Under the pieces are notes generated by a model. That model was not told the origin of the DNA. It searched no databases and worked only from the letters and a program-made list of their open reading frames with translations. DNA of 53,375 bases from Octopus bimaculoides (Eukaryota): positions 74,904,951 to 74,958,325 of the forward strand of contig NC_068982.1 in assembly GCF_001194135.2 (NCBI RefSeq). The letters are read 5' to 3'. Below, one piece after another: positions 36,561-50,025 of this stretch. How positions within the stretch are numbered: the first letter of the stretch is position 1; every line of letters starts with the position of its first letter. The position numbers and the translations under genes were made by a program.

Positions 36561-37506
36561 TGTCTGTCAGTGCCTCTGCCTCTTAATGTACAATTTCAGA
36601 AACGGATCACAAGTAAATGTGGGATCTGCTAACTATAATCACACATCTATTTAAAAGAAGAGAAAGAGAATTGTTGGCCAAAATGTTCTAGAATGTAGAG
36701 CAAAACTGAGCTCAACCATCAGCAGCTGTATACCATCTTTTAAAAATATAAATACCATTATACATATTTATAATTAGATATGTGTGTTTGTTTGTATAAT
36801 AGTATGGATGGAATGATATATAAATATATTTTGGACATTTGCATAATGTTTGTTAGACAAGAGCTTTCTTCTCAGCATGCAATTAAAAAACAGTGACAGC
36901 AATGACTGTCAGCCAATCAGAATGAGAGAAGTAGAACAAATGAGCTGCTGGAGCTCATTTATTCTACTTGCCTAATTTCAAATCATCAAGTTTCCCAGTT
37001 TCAATGTTTATTGACCAACTGAAACAACAGTGTGTGTATGTGTGCGTGCACACACATGTGCAAATGCGTAAAACATGGGAGAAAGAAAATGGAATTCATG
37101 AGACTATTATTCACTAGAAGCATTTTAACCCCTCATGTATCCAGTTTCTCCTGTAGATGAGTAGCAAACTACAACTACCAAAATGTATTCTGATCACAAT
37201 AAGCAAAATAGAGGTTAAAGAACGAAGTACCTTTCGACAAGTCACTGCAGGAGACACATCTGCATGTATGATGCACCACAACCGCTTGTACAGCATCTCA
37301 CCTGCAAGGCACAGGTGAACGATGGGTTGGAATGATCATAGCGAATAACAGTAGTGAATTCCATTTTCTTTCTCTCATACTTTATAAACTGCACAGACAT
37401 GAAGGAATTCCTGAAGTAAATCCAGTGGCATTCACATCCATACTGTTGATGACAATGTAACTGAATACAGTGAATGGGCTTTAAATGGCATACAATGTGA
37501 ATACCC

Positions 37507-37556
<50 letters not shown>

Positions 37557-37593
37557 AAAGAACAATGACTAGAATATTTATTTAGGAACTTAC

Positions 37594-37678
37594 TTTTTTC
37601 TTAGTTTTTGTTTGTGTGACATCGATAATACCATCTTCCCGGTCTCCTCTGTACAAAGTAATCCGAACATATGGATCA
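37594..37678 (-). CDS. NEDD4: NEDD4-family exon, C2 domain: (S)DPYVRITLYRGDREDGIIDVTQTKTKKK
   Basis: TTTCTTTCAG acceptor, AAA|GTAAGT donor, 85 nt. Matches SDPYVKLSLY...VQTKTIKK of NEDD4L. Confidence 0.95.
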
Positions 37679-38150
37679 CTGAAAGAAACAAGAGTAACTT
37701 TTTAGCTTGTGTGTGAGTATATATGTATATAGATATATTTATATTACAAATGGATCAAATGACATTAATACTAGCATATGAAAATAAAACATTGCAATAA
37801 ATTAAACAAGGCAGATAACTGGCAGAATCATAAGCATATTGGACAAAATACTTGGTGGCATTTCTTGTAGCTCCTTACATTCTGAGTTCCAATCCTGCCA
37901 AGATGATGATGATGATGATACATATGGAGCCTTATCAACAACTCATGCTTTAATATCCATCAAATGTCATGTAATAAATGGCATGACAAACAAATACAAT
38001 TTCAATAATACAACTAAGTGGCTAAATAGTAGATATAATTTGACATTACTCAAATCAATAATTGCAGCTCTAGGTTTCTGTCAAAGCTGCTACTCATCAT
38101 AAATACTTGTAGACATTGCAAATTCAAACTGCTCAAAAAAGACAGGTTTA

Positions 38151-38211
<61 letters not shown>

Positions 38212-38490
38212 NNNNNNNNNNNNNNNNNNNNNNNNNNNNNNNNNNNNNNNNNNNNNNNNNNNNNNNNNNNNNNNNNNNNNNNNNNNNNNNNNNNNNNNNN
38301 NNNNNNNNNNNNNNNNNNNNNNNNNNNNNNNNNNNNNNNNNNNNNNNNNNNNNNNNNNNNNNNNNNNNNNNNNNNNNNNNNNNNNNNNNNNNNNNNNNNN
38401 NNNNNNNNNNNNNNNNNNNNNNNNNNNNNNNNNNNNNNNNNNNNNNNNNNNNNNNNNNNNNNNNNNNNNNNNNNNNNNNNNNNNNNNNNN
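38212..38490. other. Assembly gap (N run)
   Basis: N characters. Confidence 0.99.
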
Positions 38491-40379
38491 TAAGAAGTTT
38501 GCTTTGGAACTACATGCTTTTTATTGGGGGTGGGGGTTAGTCACTGTACAACACCTTGAGCAAATATCTACTATAGCTCTGGGCCAACTGACGCTTTGTC
38601 AATGACTTTGGTAAACAAATTGTGTGGAAGCTCATTGTGCACATGAGTGCGTGCGTGTGTGTGTGGTCTTTGTTACACCTCCCCCTCATTTCACAACCAG
38701 TGTTGGTTTGTTTACATCCACATAACTTAGTAGCTCAGTCAAAATGACTAACAGAATAAACACCAAACTTAAAAAAAAAAAAACACTAAGTACTGGGAGT
38801 GACTTATTTTACTAAAACCCTTCAAGGTGGTGTCCCAGCATGGCCATAATCCAATGAGTGAAAAAGTAAAAGATAAAAGAAAGAACAAATAGAAAAGAAA
38901 TCGCCCAATGATAAGGTTAAGTAATTGAGTAGTTTGGTCGTTAAGTGCCCACCACCACCACCACTCCCATGCATACAATGATTGTAAATTCTGAACAACA
39001 GATTAAAGAATAAACTGTCAAACATTGCACCAATCTGGAAAGAGAAAATTATTTAATTAAAAGTGAATAATTACCACTTTTGGATTTCTTTGACCAACAC
39101 TTTCAATTTTTTTTCTCTTTTGTATCTTTAATTACTATAAGTATAGAGTGGTCATGAAATATAAGTTCACCATTAATTAGATTCATGGCCAATTAGTGGA
39201 AGTATTAATTGCAGTCTAGTAATATGTTGTAAACATATTTTTCTAGACATAACAGTTGTAACTCTATGCTGATACTTTGTTGGAGTGGAGGTTACTGAAT
39301 TGTTTTCTACTGCCACTTGAAGTAGCACTTAAGGTATTGAGAAGTGGTGCATGAAATAATAATGGTGATGCTTACACTTCCCCAAGAATCACTTGCAAGT
39401 ACAACTTGGTAGCTTGTGCCATGCTTTTGCTAATTTTTAAAGGTAACTATGAAGTTATGACATTCTGTTGAAACCTCCCAGCCTTGACCTAGTGGAATAT
39501 TGAGGATGTGACAGCTGGAGAAAGAGAGAGGGGAGGGGTACACCAATAACCTGCTGGTACTTATTTTCAGCTGAGTAAAATGGAACAATATGAAATGAAG
39601 TTCCTTGCTGAAAGACATAACACATTACCCAAACCAGGAATTGAACCTACAACTTTATGATCATAACATCAACACTCTAACCACTTAGCCACAAGCCTTC
39701 ACTAATATGTATAACAGTATAATATATACATAAAGTGAAAACACACAGCTACACAAAATTATCAGGAAGAAGCTCTCAGAAACAATTTAATAATGAATGT
39801 AATTAATATTGCACAAGTCCAACTCCAGATATCAGCACACAGACACAGAATCAAATATGTTGACTTTCACAAGAAACTGATGCAAAAGAATAAATAAATG
39901 TAGGAATGGTTATATATTTTAGGACCTCAGCCAAGAACACACTCCAACAAATTTTTGGCAGTTTTGCCCTTCAATACTGGGATACATTTATTGCTTCATG
40001 CTTAAATTAAGAAACTTCATCAAGGCAAACAACTCTCATTACTTTGCTTGTTATATTTGTATGGTAGTATATCTTTGCTTGTTATACATATAAGGTAGTA
40101 AATTTATAACATACTTATCATGTGTATTGTTTAAAAGCTAAAAGCTGCAATTTTGTTTGGGGAAAAAATCTAATCTTTTTACAGATGTATTGTGCTGGAA
40201 ATTTTTCTCATATAAAAATGGCAGCTTTTGGCTTTTCAGTGATACCCATATGTTAAGTTTGTTATATAAAATAAAGACTTCAATCAAGAGCTGTTTGTAT
40301 TGCATAATTCAAATGCAAGGTAATAAATACTTAATGTGATATTTCCAAAAAATCTGTATTATAAGTTATCACATAGAAA

Positions 40380-40800
40380 CAATCATCATTTTAACATCGA
40401 TGCTTTTCCATGCTTGCATAGGTTAGATGGAATTTTTTGAGGCAGATTTTCTAAGACCAGATACCCTTCCTATTGCCAACCCTCACTTATTTCCAAGTAA
40501 GATATTTCCCCATGACCAGACATGTTTTAATGGAAGATTGGAAATGAAAGACATAACTTGCATGACAATGACACTCATTTACAGCTATTATGCAATGTCA
40601 AGGAAAGGAGACAATAACACACACACACACACATGTATATGATAGGTTCTTTCAGTTTCTATCTATCAAATCCACTCACAAGACTTTAGTCAACCTGGGG
40701 TAATAGTAGAAGACACTTGTCCAAGGTGCCATACAGTGGGACTGAACACAAAACCATGTGGTTGGGAAGCAAACTTATCATACAACCATACCTGTACCTA
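40380..40800 (-). mobile_element. SINE family C copy
   Basis: Homology to the other family C copies. Confidence 0.75.
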
Positions 40801-43558
40801 TCTCTATAATATTTTCTCCATAAACCTATGTGGTTTGAAAGTGTACAACTCAGGTGATTTGATAATCACCAACATTCTGCTAGTTGAATCTAAATACAAT
40901 CCTGCATAGAAAACAAGAACCTAAATAAATAATGAAGAGTATTTCTGCTACTTTGTAATAAAACACGTTTCCATTAACAGACAATTGTAATATTGGTTTT
41001 AAGTTCATTGAGCCTAAAAGATATGAAAGAGAATTGTAGAAGACTCTCTCTAAAGCACTCCACTGATTAATACAATTAGATACTTAACTAATGCCTTGTA
41101 AAACTATCTACTGCCAAACCTCTACCATTTCACAACTTACTGTCACTAACATTGCTGAGTAAAGTATGGTTAAGCCATTGAGTGCAATCATTCATGCAGT
41201 TGATCTGCAAGTAAAAGTAATGCTCCTGCCCCTGCCCCTACACCAAAAGGAAAACTAAGATGAGAGGATAAGAGAGTAAATATGGATGTAACCAGTTTAA
41301 ACAAGTTATTTTCTCGTCGTGTTCTCTAACACAGATTTCTGCAAGCATCTGCAGAGCAAACATCGCTGAATGCTTCTCGTTAACTTCCATTTTTACTGGA
41401 GAAGGCTGCAGTCAACGAGATGGAAAGTTTTCAACAACAGCTGGGTCAGAATATTGATTGAACTTCCCATGAGCTGTTTAAAAGTAAAAAGTATTGACAA
41501 TATATACACTAGTTGCAGCAGTAAAAGCAACAGCAACAACAGTAACATTACCTTTGGAAACATATAAATATTAATGATTGTAAAAGAGAGGCTGGCAGCA
41601 GCAGCAGCAGTAGTAGGAATTAGAGCAATAATGGGTGGCAGCAATGTCTGATAGGAATCTTGTCACAACTCAATTTATAATTTCTACAAATCAAGATTTC
41701 TTAATGAATTGGAACAATAGAATAAAATAGAATCTGCTAATGTTATTTGTATTGTTTTACCTCCACCCTGATTATTATTATGCATTGATATTTGATGTTT
41801 AAAAATTGATGTTTTAACAATAAAAACATATTCTAAAGAAAATGAAATTCAAATATGAGACTCGCTTTTGTTCTTGCTGAGTCTAGAGGAAGTGGTAGTG
41901 GCCATGACTTTTAAAGACCCTTCAAAACCGATGAGATTGATGGTATTAATGTTAAGCTGTAACAGGTCAACACCTGCAGGAAAGATACCAGCAGAGAGAT
42001 TTCAGAAAACAAATGTTCTGGAGGAGAGGTGGGGAGAAGGAATGGGTATAATGGTTAATGTGAGGCTGGAGAGAGAAATAGTAGAAAGACAAGTGGGTTA
42101 GTTATGCATGAGTGGTAGAAGTTTGAGACCAGTCAGCCAGCTGAGAAGAGAAACTATCAGTTGCAATAAAAAAGACAGAAAGGAAACAGTAAACTTGTGA
42201 GCCAAAAAATAAAGCATACCTGTTTGTTAAGGACGGAATGCCTATGAGTTGAGTGGCCTGTCTGTGGATAAAGTTCAGGGTATGTATGTATGTATGTATG
42301 TGTGTATCATCAACACTGTCCCAGATGTAGAAGCAGCACTCCATTCAGGACTTCATTCAGGCTTTGTGGAATATCAGCAGTTCTTGAAGGGGCTGAAATA
42401 CTTCCGGCACTGATGAGAAGGGCTAATCTTTAGCATGTGGTCCTTGCTATGTTAAGGATGTGCTTTCCCTGGGAGGGATCCTCTTGAGCAACTATGAAGG
42501 CTATAAGTAAGAACTGCTAGTGATTTGGTGTGGAGGAATGTTTCCTTGAAATGAAGAGTGCCTGATGTTTTTGCTGTTAAAGACAGGTTGGTTTGTCTCC
42601 ACTGAAGGATGTCAACTTGATGCAGACAGACACACACACAGAATCTTGTTGAACCAAAGCATGCCAACATGGAAACAAATGTAAAATTATGACATAAATT
42701 TATTGTCCACTTTTCCATGCTTGCATGGGTCAGATGGAATTTGTTCAAGAAGATTTTCTATGGCTATATGTCCTTCCAGTTTCCAACCCTTACCTGTTTC
42801 CAAGCAAGGTAGTATTTCCCCATAGCCAAACATGTATTTAATGGAAGACTGGAAATGAATGACATCAAGACATGGGAGTGTGCAAGCATGCATGCATGCA
42901 TGCATGCATGCACACACACACACACACACACAAACACACTGGTTTCTTTCACATGGCTTTGATCAATCCTGGTTATAGTAGAAGATGCATTAAGTTCCAT
43001 GCAGTGATCAAGTGTCTTTTACTACAACACACACATAGGGTGTACTACCAGGCATAATAACACATACAAAATGTTTAGCAGCAGTGAGTGCCTGTGCCAT
43101 TTGTACTTCTCGGCACTTATTGTATAGAAAACGGATGGGTCGCAGCCTTCAAGATGTTAGTGAGTTGCAGCCTTCAAGATGCTAGTGGGTTGCAGCCTTT
43201 GAGGTTGTTAGTGAAAATACTGCAACAGCTGTGCTCCAGGAAAATAAGTGACTCATGGTATATAGAAAATAGATCATCTGTAAGGACATATGCCATTGCT
43301 ATGGTCCACCCCAAGGAGCTCCAAGATCACTGGTATGGCCAACAGGTATGCAGAACTGCTCGATAATATAATTTCACTATGTCAGGGTATTACCATCACT
43401 CATACGGCATGGAAGAGGAAAATATTCTTTCAGATTGATCAAAAATTTTAAGTTCTTATTTGGTAAATATCAATCATAGTTGACATGTAAATCAAAACTG
43501 CTTAATCAAGTCTTCTCTCTCTACATTACCATGTGACTACCTTTACAATTCAGTTTAA

Positions 43559-43774
43559 CCCTTTAGAATTCAGATTTCTTGGTCAAACGTATTATTTATT
43601 CACATTGTTTTGAATTAATCACAGATTACCTTGTAGCTTCAAGCTTTCAATGCTATGTTCGTATATTTTTAGAATGACATTGTAGGTGAGGTGTGAGAGG
43701 TTGGATTTGGTCAGTTTTAATGTAAAATATGTAGAATATTTGGGCCAGATATGATCGGATTTAATGCTAAAGGG
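43559..43774. mobile_element. piggyBac-type MITE, family 1 (uninterrupted)
   Basis: TTAA|CCCTTTAG...CTAAAGGG|TTAA. Confidence 0.8.
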
Positions 43775-44944
43775 TTAAAGTAAATTGTGCTCATTTGTAG
43801 ATCCCAGACGTTAAGAAAATCAAGGTAGTTGATTAACAAATATAAAACTTCTAAGAGCGAGTTAAATGAAAAGGCAGGAGGGACATGTAAGTAGTCTTGG
43901 CTGGACCACAGCAATGGCAAAAGTCCTTACAGGTGATCTATTTTCCATACGCATTGTTTGCATGGGTCAGACGAAATTTGTTGTTTCAAAGCAAGATAGT
44001 TTTTTTCCATATGATCAAATATGTTTTTCATGGAAAACTGGCAATGAACAACGTTGCTTGTATAACAGTGATGCACATTTACAACCATCATATACATGGA
44101 CTTAAACATAGTAATTAGGTGACTCATGCTTGCAGATGTTGGAACTGTGTCAGTAAGACATATCTATGAGAGAGCTAAGTAAAGGACAATTTGGAAGAAA
44201 ATCATCCCTTCATCCCAAACCCGAGTCCCCACCATAACAATAATGAATTTATGAAGAAAACAAACAACTCACAAGGGAAATTGTGCCACAAGCAAAGTAG
44301 AAAAACACTAAAAAAGAATAAAAACTGTAACTCTTGGATGTTATCACTTATATTCCATTATCGATTATCATAAAAGAAAGATTGGTGTATTTAAGGAAGA
44401 AGGCTTTCAGTGAACTACAGCACAAGGTGGTGGTGGTGGTGGTGGTGTGTGAAGTCACTAACTGAATATTCGGGAATGGCTGACTGTTTTTGCTAAACTA
44501 AAACTGCATCTAACAAAATACTGCTTAGCAGAATCAGTTGATAGGTGTCCAGTAAACAGATGTAGAAGAATAGCTTAGTGAATTATCTTCAGTTCAGAGA
44601 TAAAAATAGACAAGCTTAGGGTTTCTAGGTTTTCTAAAAATGTGAAGTGAGAACTTATTTCTAAAAGATCAGTGGATTTTTCATAAATAAATTTGTAGCA
44701 ATGCCTGACCATGGCCAGGTTTAGAGAAAGTATCAGAGAAATTCACATATGCCACTTCTTAACTTACACAACTCCCTGACCTTGTTAGTGTTTACAGTAA
44801 GAATCAGAAAAAGTTACATAACCTAGCTAACCTCCTTGAAAAAAAAAACACCATACAAAATTAGTAACTTAGGAACAAGATTATGGCCAAGAACTTACTA
44901 CATACAGACATTCAGTTTTATAATATTTAGATATAGTGTACATA

Positions 44945-45809
44945 CAGAGTGCAGTGAATATATTGTCCTCTAAATTACACAAAAATGAAAATAACGCTGA
45001 CATCTCATTTTAACAGATATATTTACCAAAATTACATAAAAATATCTTGAAATACTAAAGAGTAAATCTATTCAATAAAATCACCATTGGATTCAACCAC
45101 AGCCTCCAGACAACTTCAGAATCTCCTGCAACTCTGCTGGATGGTCTCCTTGTTTAAGTTGGTGAGTGCTGAGATAATCCTTGCCTTCAGTCCATCTTTG
45201 ATATTACAAGAAGTTTTGTTGGTCTCTTGCTCGACTGCATCCCACATATAATAATCAAGGGAGTTGCAGTCTGAGGAGTTAGGTAACCAGATGTTAGGGG
45301 TGATGTGGTTGCAGAAATTGTCTGACAACCACGACTGGGTTCTCCTGCTTAATGGCATGGTGCAAAGTCCTGTTGCCAAACATAGGGTCTTTCAGCAGCC
45401 ACCCTCTTGACCCAGGGCAGCACTACCTCCTCCAGGCACTTGATGTCGGCTTCTGTGTTGAGTCGAGGCCATGTGGAAAGATGAATGGAGGCATAACGTC
45501 GCCATCACTAATGATCACTCCAAACACCATGATGCTGACTGACTGTTTGACTTTTATCACTCTCAGTACATGTCCTCAGATTGACACCCAAAAACTCTGA
45601 AATGTTCATATTGGAGCTTCTGGCACAAATGCCACACAGTACATGTTTCCAAATGTCTGGGAAAGTGAATTGCGTCATGGTGCTGTTTTTCTCACAGACA
45701 GTGCCCAACTGACCCTACTATACTGTGTAGTTGACAAAATCAAAAACAAACACTACACATGCATGAAACTAAAAATATAAAATGGTGACAGTTTACTCAT
45801 CGCACCCAG
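44945..45809 (-). mobile_element. Internally deleted Tc1/mariner DD37D (maT-type) transposon
   Basis: TA-flanked degenerate TIRs (19 of 28 nt match including the TA). MVFGVIISDGDVMPPFIF, EEVVLPWVKRV and YVWQQDFAPCH...WLPNSSDCNSLDYYMW; 37 residues between the 2nd and 3rd Asp after correcting one frameshift. Confidence 0.85.
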
Positions 45810-47845
45810 TATGTTTATTTTTTAAGTGAAAAATCCTGACATTACTGAATGCTTTTGTTCTCTAGACAACAGCAGAGGAGTTTAAAACTACCTATAAAGC
45901 CAATTATATACCAAGAACTTAGTAGTCATTGCTGAATCATTGCTTCACAGCTGCAGGATTTCTGGTTCAGCGTGGTTTTCCATGCAAGCATGGATTAGAC
46001 AAATATATTAAGGCATTTTTGTTTACAGCCAGATGCCCTACTAGTTGTTAACCTTTACCTGCCTTTTAATTAATAGGTCCCTTACTACACAGATCCTTAA
46101 AGTACACAGCCAGCACAAGATTTGTTGACAGGAAAATGACAACATATGCTGTTGAATCATCCACCCTATACCAACATGGAAGACAAACATTAAATGTTGA
46201 TGATATAGTAATAAAGATGTAACATCACTTGCAAAATCTGAACATAGTACAGTTATAGGGTTTATAGCAGATGCAAACCACAGCACCAAAGTGACAGCAC
46301 AACTTTGACCATCCTAATTGGGAGACAAACTACATATACTATAAATGACTCTCCTGTTGAGAACAACAGATGAGCATCCAATTGTAAAATCAACTGAATT
46401 ACCTATTCAATGAATTAGCATATAAGTGGCCAAGTATTCCACTGGCATGATTCTCTAGCAGAACTAAGATGATACATTATACAAAAGTTAGACTTTTAAT
46501 TGCAGGTAAAGCCCATATTGTGGACTTCTATACAATATCCAGTCTCCCAATTTCATTCAGAAGGCTTGGTTGACTCAAGGCTATGGTAAAAGATACTTGC
46601 CTAAGATTCTAAGCAATGTGAATGAACCCAAGATCTCATGATTATAACTGAAGTGAACTTCTTACACCCCCCCCCACACACACACACATATACACAATCA
46701 CATTAGGGTTGGTTTTTACAATTTGTCTTTGAAGCTTAGGGTTGAAATTAGTCATGCGTGAAGTAGCAAGAATGTCCCAATTACAAATTTTCAAAAGGAA
46801 CAGGAGGAACAGAATGGAATGCCTGTCATTACAGAAAAAAATATGAGGCTACTGAAAATAAAATCAATGATGGATACCAATTCAAAAATCCACTTGTTAA
46901 ATCTGATTATGTGGTTTTAAAGGATGTACAAAACAGAATGTGGTAGGTGGGGGGGTGAGGGAGAAGTGGTAGAAATAAAGCTTGGTTATTTTAGCTTAAT
47001 ATTTTATTTATTATATTTGTTGGGGTTTATTTTTTTTTGTATTTTTTCCATTAGCTTTCTTTCCAGAATGTGCAAACATTAATAATTAAGTGTCAGTTGG
47101 CACAAAATTACATTTTGTGCAGCACATCGGGAAACACACACAAATATAAAATGTTAAATATAATTTGTTCATAAAAATGTATACTAAGAGAAACACAAGA
47201 AATTAATGCAAGTGTGTGTATATCAGAGAGAGAGGAAGAGAGAGGGGGGAAAAGAGAGAATGAGGAAGAGAGAGACAGAGAGACAGTGAATGAGTAAATA
47301 AGAGAGGAAGAGAGAGAGTAGTAGTGAGGGAGTAGAAAGAAGAAAATGCTTTCAAATTTTTATATATTGAAAGCTAATAAACAATTTAGCTTATTCAACT
47401 TCAACAATCACAAACCACAAACTTCTACAGCTAGTGCAATAATAACTAATGCTACCGTTGCAACAACTACTAAATCACTATTATTTCTAGGTCAAGTACT
47501 TGAAATCTTTATGTCCTATATGTGATACACACACACACACACCGAAGCGCAGTGGAATTTCTGCAGTCTTAGTTGTTGCTGCAATCAACTTTTACTTGTT
47601 CCTCTAAGGAAAGACTAAGATAGGCATGAAGCATTTACTGGGGTTAGTTCAATATCAAACTAGGTCCATTCATTTCAAATTTGTGGCCTCATGCCAGTTT
47701 TATACACACACACACACACACATTTCATTCAATGTGGTTTATACTATTCTTGAAGTTGGATTTTTATATATAAACACATTTATATACTTCCACAAAAAAA
47801 AAGTTATTTGCCAGCTGTTATAATGGAATGCTATTATTAGACTGT

Positions 47846-48260
47846 GGCACAGATATGGCTGCATCGTTTAGAAATTTGCTTCCCAGTCACATCAGTTTGA
47901 ACCTAGTCCCACTGCATGGGACCTTGGACAAGTGTCTTCTAAAGCCCAGGATGAACTAAAGCCTTGGGAATGGATCTGGTAAGCAGAAACAGAAAAGAAG
48001 ACTGTGTGTGTGCTTGTGTCTCCTTGTCTTGACAATGAGTGACAGTTGTAAATAAGTGTCACTGCCAAACAAGTGGTGTCATTAATTTCCAATCTTCCAT
48101 GAAAATATGTCTGCCCATGGGGAAATATTACCTTGCTTGGGAACAGGTGAGGGTTGGAACAAGAAGAACATCAATCTGTAGAAAATCTTCCTCAATAAAC
48201 TCTATCCAACCCATGCAAGCATGGAAAAAGTGAACATTAAAGCAATTACAATGATGATGA
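47846..48260 (+). mobile_element. SINE family C copy (full length)
   Basis: tRNA-like head, (TG)n core, and a CCCATGCAAGCATGGAAAAAGTG...ATGATGATG tail. Confidence 0.75.
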
Positions 48261-50025
48261 ACTAAAATAGAAACCTTACTTCTCAATATAAAACAAATAC
48301 CTTATTTTCTTGTTAAAGTTCACTGTAATGGTCCTACAGACATTTTTATACAGTGCAGAGACTTGGAATGTTTTATCTGCCTCTGAATACAATAATGTTC
48401 TACCAAAACAGTCATCATGAACAACAAATGCAAATTTCTGCCAATTTTTCATGCTGGTATGGCATGAATATTTCTGTACAATAGGAGTTGAATATGTCAG
48501 TGCTTATTATTACAGTGGTGGGAGCTTTAAGGATTAAAAAAGGGGGAAAATACAGTACCACATTTAATAAAATTAAGATAGTTATCAACTTTAACACTTT
48601 AGCATTTAAACCAACCATATACAGCCCAAACATTCTACCTGTTTTATGTTCAAATCAACAAGATCCAGCCTCTCATGCCTATCCTACAATGTCATTCTAA
48701 AAGTATGCAATCACATCATTAAAATCTCAAAGCTATGGGATAATGCATGAATAATTCAAAACAATGAATTCAAAACATTTAACAGAATAATCTGAAATAC
48801 TAAAAAATAAAACAAGTTCAATACTATGGCAAAGATAGGAGGATTATATGGATGTAAACTGTTTTATCTTTTCATTAATACCCTCTCAACTACTTTTCAT
48901 TTATCATATTCACACTCACCCATTCCCCATACACTCTTGCAACCTCTACTCATCCATACATCTTGCTCTATTTCTACTCACTTCTACTCATCTTGTGCCT
49001 TGAGGATCCACCTACTATTTTTATCACTTCCCAGCTACATTCTGCTCACTCCTACCCTCTCTTCTACAGTTTGAGTAGTTATATACCTCCTCTACAGTGA
49101 GGAAGCTGCTCTGTTTTGGCTCCTTCTCTCAATCTCTCACCTCCTAGCAGAAAGCTACCTCTTGGGGATGGGGGGGGGGGGGAGCTCAGTCATGCCAAAT
49201 GCATGACAACTTACACTAGTGCTGGTAGCATGAAAAAGAAAAACACTCAGTAGACACTGTAAAGTGGTTGGCATTAGGCAGGACAGGCATCATACTACAG
49301 AAACCATGCTAAAGTAAACAGCAGAGTATGAGGCATTTCCAGAATGAGTCATATCCTGTCAAACCTGTCCAACCCATGCCAGCATGGAACATGGATATGA
49401 AATGATAATGATAATTATTAATAAAGAGGGAGAAGAGGGCAACAAAATTTATATATATTTGGAGGGAGAGAGGCTGATCTTTCTTTGTGAAAACCAGTGG
49501 AATACATCACTCTCCTATAGCACTTTGATTTCTTTCAACACACAGGACACTTACAAAAACAAAATGAAGTAGAAAAAAAAGTGTAGCTCAGTGAGTTGAA
49601 GTCAACAAAGGAGGTCCTAGGTAAGTGATAATACAAGACTTCAGTTCAGTATTAGCATCATAGGAGTAGTTTATATTAGTGGTTTACAATGATGATATTA
49701 AACACTTTCACATTAGTAGACTTTTGTATTAGCTGCAACATCAAGTATTTTATTCATTTGGTTTATATCATGAACATATCTGATACAAATATTTTGTTTT
49801 GCAAAACAGAAACCTTGTGCTGCAAACAGAATCTAGTTTCTGAATGAAGCTTAGCTTTAGAAGCCATGTAAGAGAGGCAGGCAAACAGCATGAGCGTGTG
49901 TGTGTGTGTGTGTGTGTGTGTACATATGTCCAAGCGAGAGAAAGTGTTTGAGAATGCATGTGTGCATGTAACAGATCCTATGCATGTATGACATGAGTGT
50001 GTATCAGCTAGATGTACATGATTAA

